DNA of 64,000 bases. Origin: Candidatus Auribacterota bacterium. GTDB taxonomy: Bacteria; Auribacterota; Tritonobacteria; UBA1439. The stretch covers positions 82 through 64,081 of the forward strand of contig JAPLCX010000059.1 of the NCBI GenBank assembly GCA_026392035.1, in the 5' to 3' direction. A program made the translations under genes and the position numbers. This document shows positions 61,669-64,000 of this stretch, one piece after another. Numbering within the stretch: position 1 is the first letter of the stretch; the number at the start of each line of letters is the position of its first letter. The notes below the pieces were generated by a model. It saw nothing but the letters and a program-made list of their open reading frames with translations. It was not told the DNA's origin and searched no databases.

Positions 61669-63139
61669 ACACGAGGCCGAACGGACGACCTACCGCAATG
61701 TGAGACCTGCGAGATGGGTCAAAAAAGGGGAATGGCAGAAGAATGAAGGGGGGCCGATCGTCCAGAAAGCCCTGACCGACATCACGAAGTACCCGGAATA
61801 CGTCCAGGAACTGCGGGAGTTGATAGGGATTGAAGACACTGCGATTGGCAACCGAACACCACTGCCGCTGAACATCATCCTCTACGGCCCCCCGGGGACG
61901 GGGAAGACGTACACGCTCCGCAATAAGTACATGGAGCAATTCACAGAGCGCGCGGCCGCGCTGAGCAGGGAGGATTTCGCTGCGGATCTAGTCGCGGACC
62001 TGGCATGGTGGCAGGTCATCACGATGGTAATGCTGGATCTCAAGACCAGTAATGTCAGCGGCATTCTTGCGCACCCCCTCATGGAGGCACGGATCCGGCG
62101 CGCCAGCAACCGCACACCGCGGGCAGCGATCTGGGCCCACCTGCAGATGCACACCAAGACAGACTGCCCAGAGGTGAAGTATGCCAAACGGTACGAGCCG
62201 CTCCTGTTTTCGAAGGATGCCGAATCGGTCTGGTCGATCGACGAGAAACTCGCGACCGAGGAGGCGCCTGACCTCGTCGAGGCCCTGGAACGCTACCGTG
62301 GCTATACGCCGGATCAAGGCGCGGTGATCAAGCGCTATGAGTTCACCACCTTCCACCAGTCGTACAGTTACGAGGATTTCGTCGAGGGCATCAAACCCGT
62401 CATGTCCGAGGAAGTGGCGGAGACATTGGCCTATGAAGTCAAGCCGGGCATCTTCAAAACCATGGTGCAGCGAGCCCTAGCAGACCCCAACCACGACTAC
62501 GCACTCCTCATTGACGAGATCAATCGCGGCAACGTTGCCAACATCTTCGGGGAGCTGATCACGCTCATCGAAGATGATAAGCGCCAAGGCACCCCGAATG
62601 AGCTACGCGCCCGCTTACCCTACTCGCGTGAGGAATTCGCTGTGCCGAAGAACCTGTACATCATCGGAGCAATGAATACCGCGGATCGCAGCGTCGAGGC
62701 GCTGGATACCGCCCTGCGCCGACGGTTCGCATTCGTTGCCATCCCGCCGCAACCGGAATTCATTAAGCAACCGGCGAATCTGGATGTGGATCTCCGGAAA
62801 CTTCTCGGCGTGATCAACGCGCGGATCGAGAAGCTCTTGGACAAGGATCACTGCATCGGCCACTCGTACTTCATGGGCATAGCCGCAAGCAGCGACCCTC
62901 TGGCCGAGTTGCGGAATGTCTTCGCGACGAAGATCCTGCCGCTGATGGAGGAGTACTTCTATGGCGATCCAGCCAAGATCGGCATGGTCCTGGGTGAACG
63001 GTTCGTATCGCGCAAAGACGAGGCCATCGAATGGGCAGAGGGTGATTGGGGAATGGACGAGTTCGAGGAGCGCCATGTGTACACCTTGCAGGATCCCAGG
63101 ACAATGAAGGACGGGGACTTCCGCGCCGTCTATGAGTGA
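61637..63139 (+). CDS. mcrB: McrB-family AAA+ GTPase (type IV modification-dependent restriction); probably the C-terminal part of an EVE-McrB fusion
   Basis: Walker A is NIILYGPPGTGKTYT. The McrB signature is ALLIDEINRGNVANIFGELITLIEDDKR. YIIGAMNTADRS is also present. The ORF-track start is a TTG that overlaps the upstream gene by 32 nt. The encoded N-terminus YRHEAERTTYRNVRPARWVKKGEW looks like the tail of the preceding EVE domain. Confidence 0.8.
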   Translation: MAMALFPGPYRHEAERTTYRNVRPARWVKKGEWQKNEGGPIVQKALTDITKYPEYVQELRELIGIEDTAIGNRTPLPLNIILYGPPGTGKTYTLRNKYMEQFTERAAALSREDFAADLVADLAWWQVITMVMLDLKTSNVSGILAHPLMEARIRRASNRTPRAAIWAHLQMHTKTDCPEVKYAKRYEPLLFSKDAESVWSIDEKLATEEAPDLVEALERYRGYTPDQGAVIKRYEFTTFHQSYSYEDFVEGIKPVMSEEVAETLAYEVKPGIFKTMVQRALADPNHDYALLIDEINRGNVANIFGELITLIEDDKRQGTPNELRARLPYSREEFAVPKNLYIIGAMNTADRSVEALDTALRRRFAFVAIPPQPEFIKQPANLDVDLRKLLGVINARIEKLLDKDHCIGHSYFMGIAASSDPLAELRNVFATKILPLMEEYFYGDPAKIGMVLGERFVSRKDEAIEWAEGDWGMDEFEERHVYTLQDPRTMKDGDFRAVYE

Positions 63140-64000
63140 CGTCATCCAAGTGTTCGAGCACACCACGCTCCCGGTGGGAGGGCAGTTCACGTCCACCCGC
63201 TTTGCCCGCCTCGTGCAATACAACGAACGTCACGGGAACCGCTTCTTTGACGTCGGTCACAACCGTATCCATTTCCGGAACTGTGTCGGCGTCATCCAGG
63301 TCGGCAATCTGACCATTGAGATCCTGCCCAAGGCCGACAAGACGCCGGATTCGCCCGCTCAGAAGCGGAAATGGCAGCGTGCTCTGGTCGAGATGCTGCG
63401 ACAGTCAGGCTTCATTCGATTGGCCTCGGTGTCAGACGCCAGACTGAGGCTGCGCGCATCCTCGCTACTGGACATCTACTTCGAGTCATTTCTAGCGGAG
63501 GTCGAGGATCTCGTGCACCACGGACTGGTCCGAAAGTATCGCCAGACCCGCGGGAATCTCCCTGCCCTGAAGGGGCGCATCCTCTTTCAACAGCATCTCT
63601 CCCAGAACCTCGTCCACCGGGAACGGTTCTTCACTGAGCACGTATTCTATGACCGCAACAACCGGTTCAACCAGGTCCTGCGCGTCGCCTTGGATGTGCT
63701 TGCTCGGGTGTCCGCCAACCCTCACCTGGTTGCCCTCGCACGCAGCCTCTCGATGACCTTCCAAGACGTGGATGACATTGCTGTGAGCGAACGGACTTTC
63801 ACCCGGCTTCCTCACACGCGAAACACGGAACGCTACCGCCGGGCGCTGCAACTCGCCCGCCTGATCATCTTGAACTACAGCCCGGACGTTCGAAGCGGCA
63901 GAGAGGATGTCCTGGCGATCCTGTTCGACATGAACTGCCTGTTTGAACGCTTTATCTATGCCCAACTGAAAAGAGCGGAGGCGAGGCAGCCCTCACACAA
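63132..64000 (+). CDS. mcrC: McrC-family subunit (partial; continues past the window end)
   Basis: The ATG overlaps the mcrB stop (ATGAGTGA). The N-terminus MSDVIQVFEHTTLPVGG...NRIHFRNCVGVIQVGNLTIEILPK is typical of McrC. There is no stop before position 64000. Confidence 0.7.
   Translation, partial: MSDVIQVFEHTTLPVGGQFTSTRFARLVQYNERHGNRFFDVGHNRIHFRNCVGVIQVGNLTIEILPKADKTPDSPAQKRKWQRALVEMLRQSGFIRLASVSDARLRLRASSLLDIYFESFLAEVEDLVHHGLVRKYRQTRGNLPALKGRILFQQHLSQNLVHRERFFTEHVFYDRNNRFNQVLRVALDVLARVSANPHLVALARSLSMTFQDVDDIAVSERTFTRLPHTRNTERYRRALQLARLIILNYSPDVRSGREDVLAILFDMNCLFERFIYAQLKRAEARQPSH

Overview
This is a 64-kb stretch of a roughly 60% GC bacterial chromosome. LptA-like and LepB genes suggest a Gram-negative-type organism. 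It falls into three zones.

(i) 1-8.3 kb is accessory DNA and looks cassette-like. Every gene is on the minus strand. It carries a Phd/YefM antitoxin, a NUDIX hydrolase, a 139-aa unknown protein, a ParE/RelE toxin with its antitoxin, an Mrr-nuclease/STAND-NTPase fusion, a Dam-like methyltransferase with a NotI-family endonuclease, and BrnT/BrnA. Nearly every module is separated by a copy of a structured 100-140 bp repeat whose hairpins covary and which carries AAC...GTT inverted termini. The left end is AT-rich. The layout resembles an integron-like cassette array or CALIN, but no intI is present in the window.

(ii) 8.7-55.6 kb is mostly core chromosome: mgsA, nadC, birA, coaX, mnmA, HIT, cinA-C, thpR, recA, recX, alaS, hisDCBHAFI, trpE and trpG, then a 10-kb insertion followed by trpC, trpF, trpB and trpA (trpD is absent). 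After that come manC-like, prs, ruvX, an M16 peptidase, rpe, lepA and lepB. Inside this zone there are MNT/HepT toxin-antitoxin pseudogenes with frameshifts, an alcohol dehydrogenase remnant, a candidate 6S-like structured RNA, and two further repeat families. One is a perfect 141-bp inverted duplicate with ACCACAGAT motifs and a C9 tract. The other is a roughly 80-nt hairpin element with compensatory changes.

(iii) 55.6-64 kb is a second accessory block. It holds an SNF2-family helicase with a SWIM zinc-finger protein, then an EVE-EVE reader gene that looks fused by frameshift to an McrB GTPase, then McrC, which runs off the window end.

All calls come from reading the sequence and translations. 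No database search was possible.
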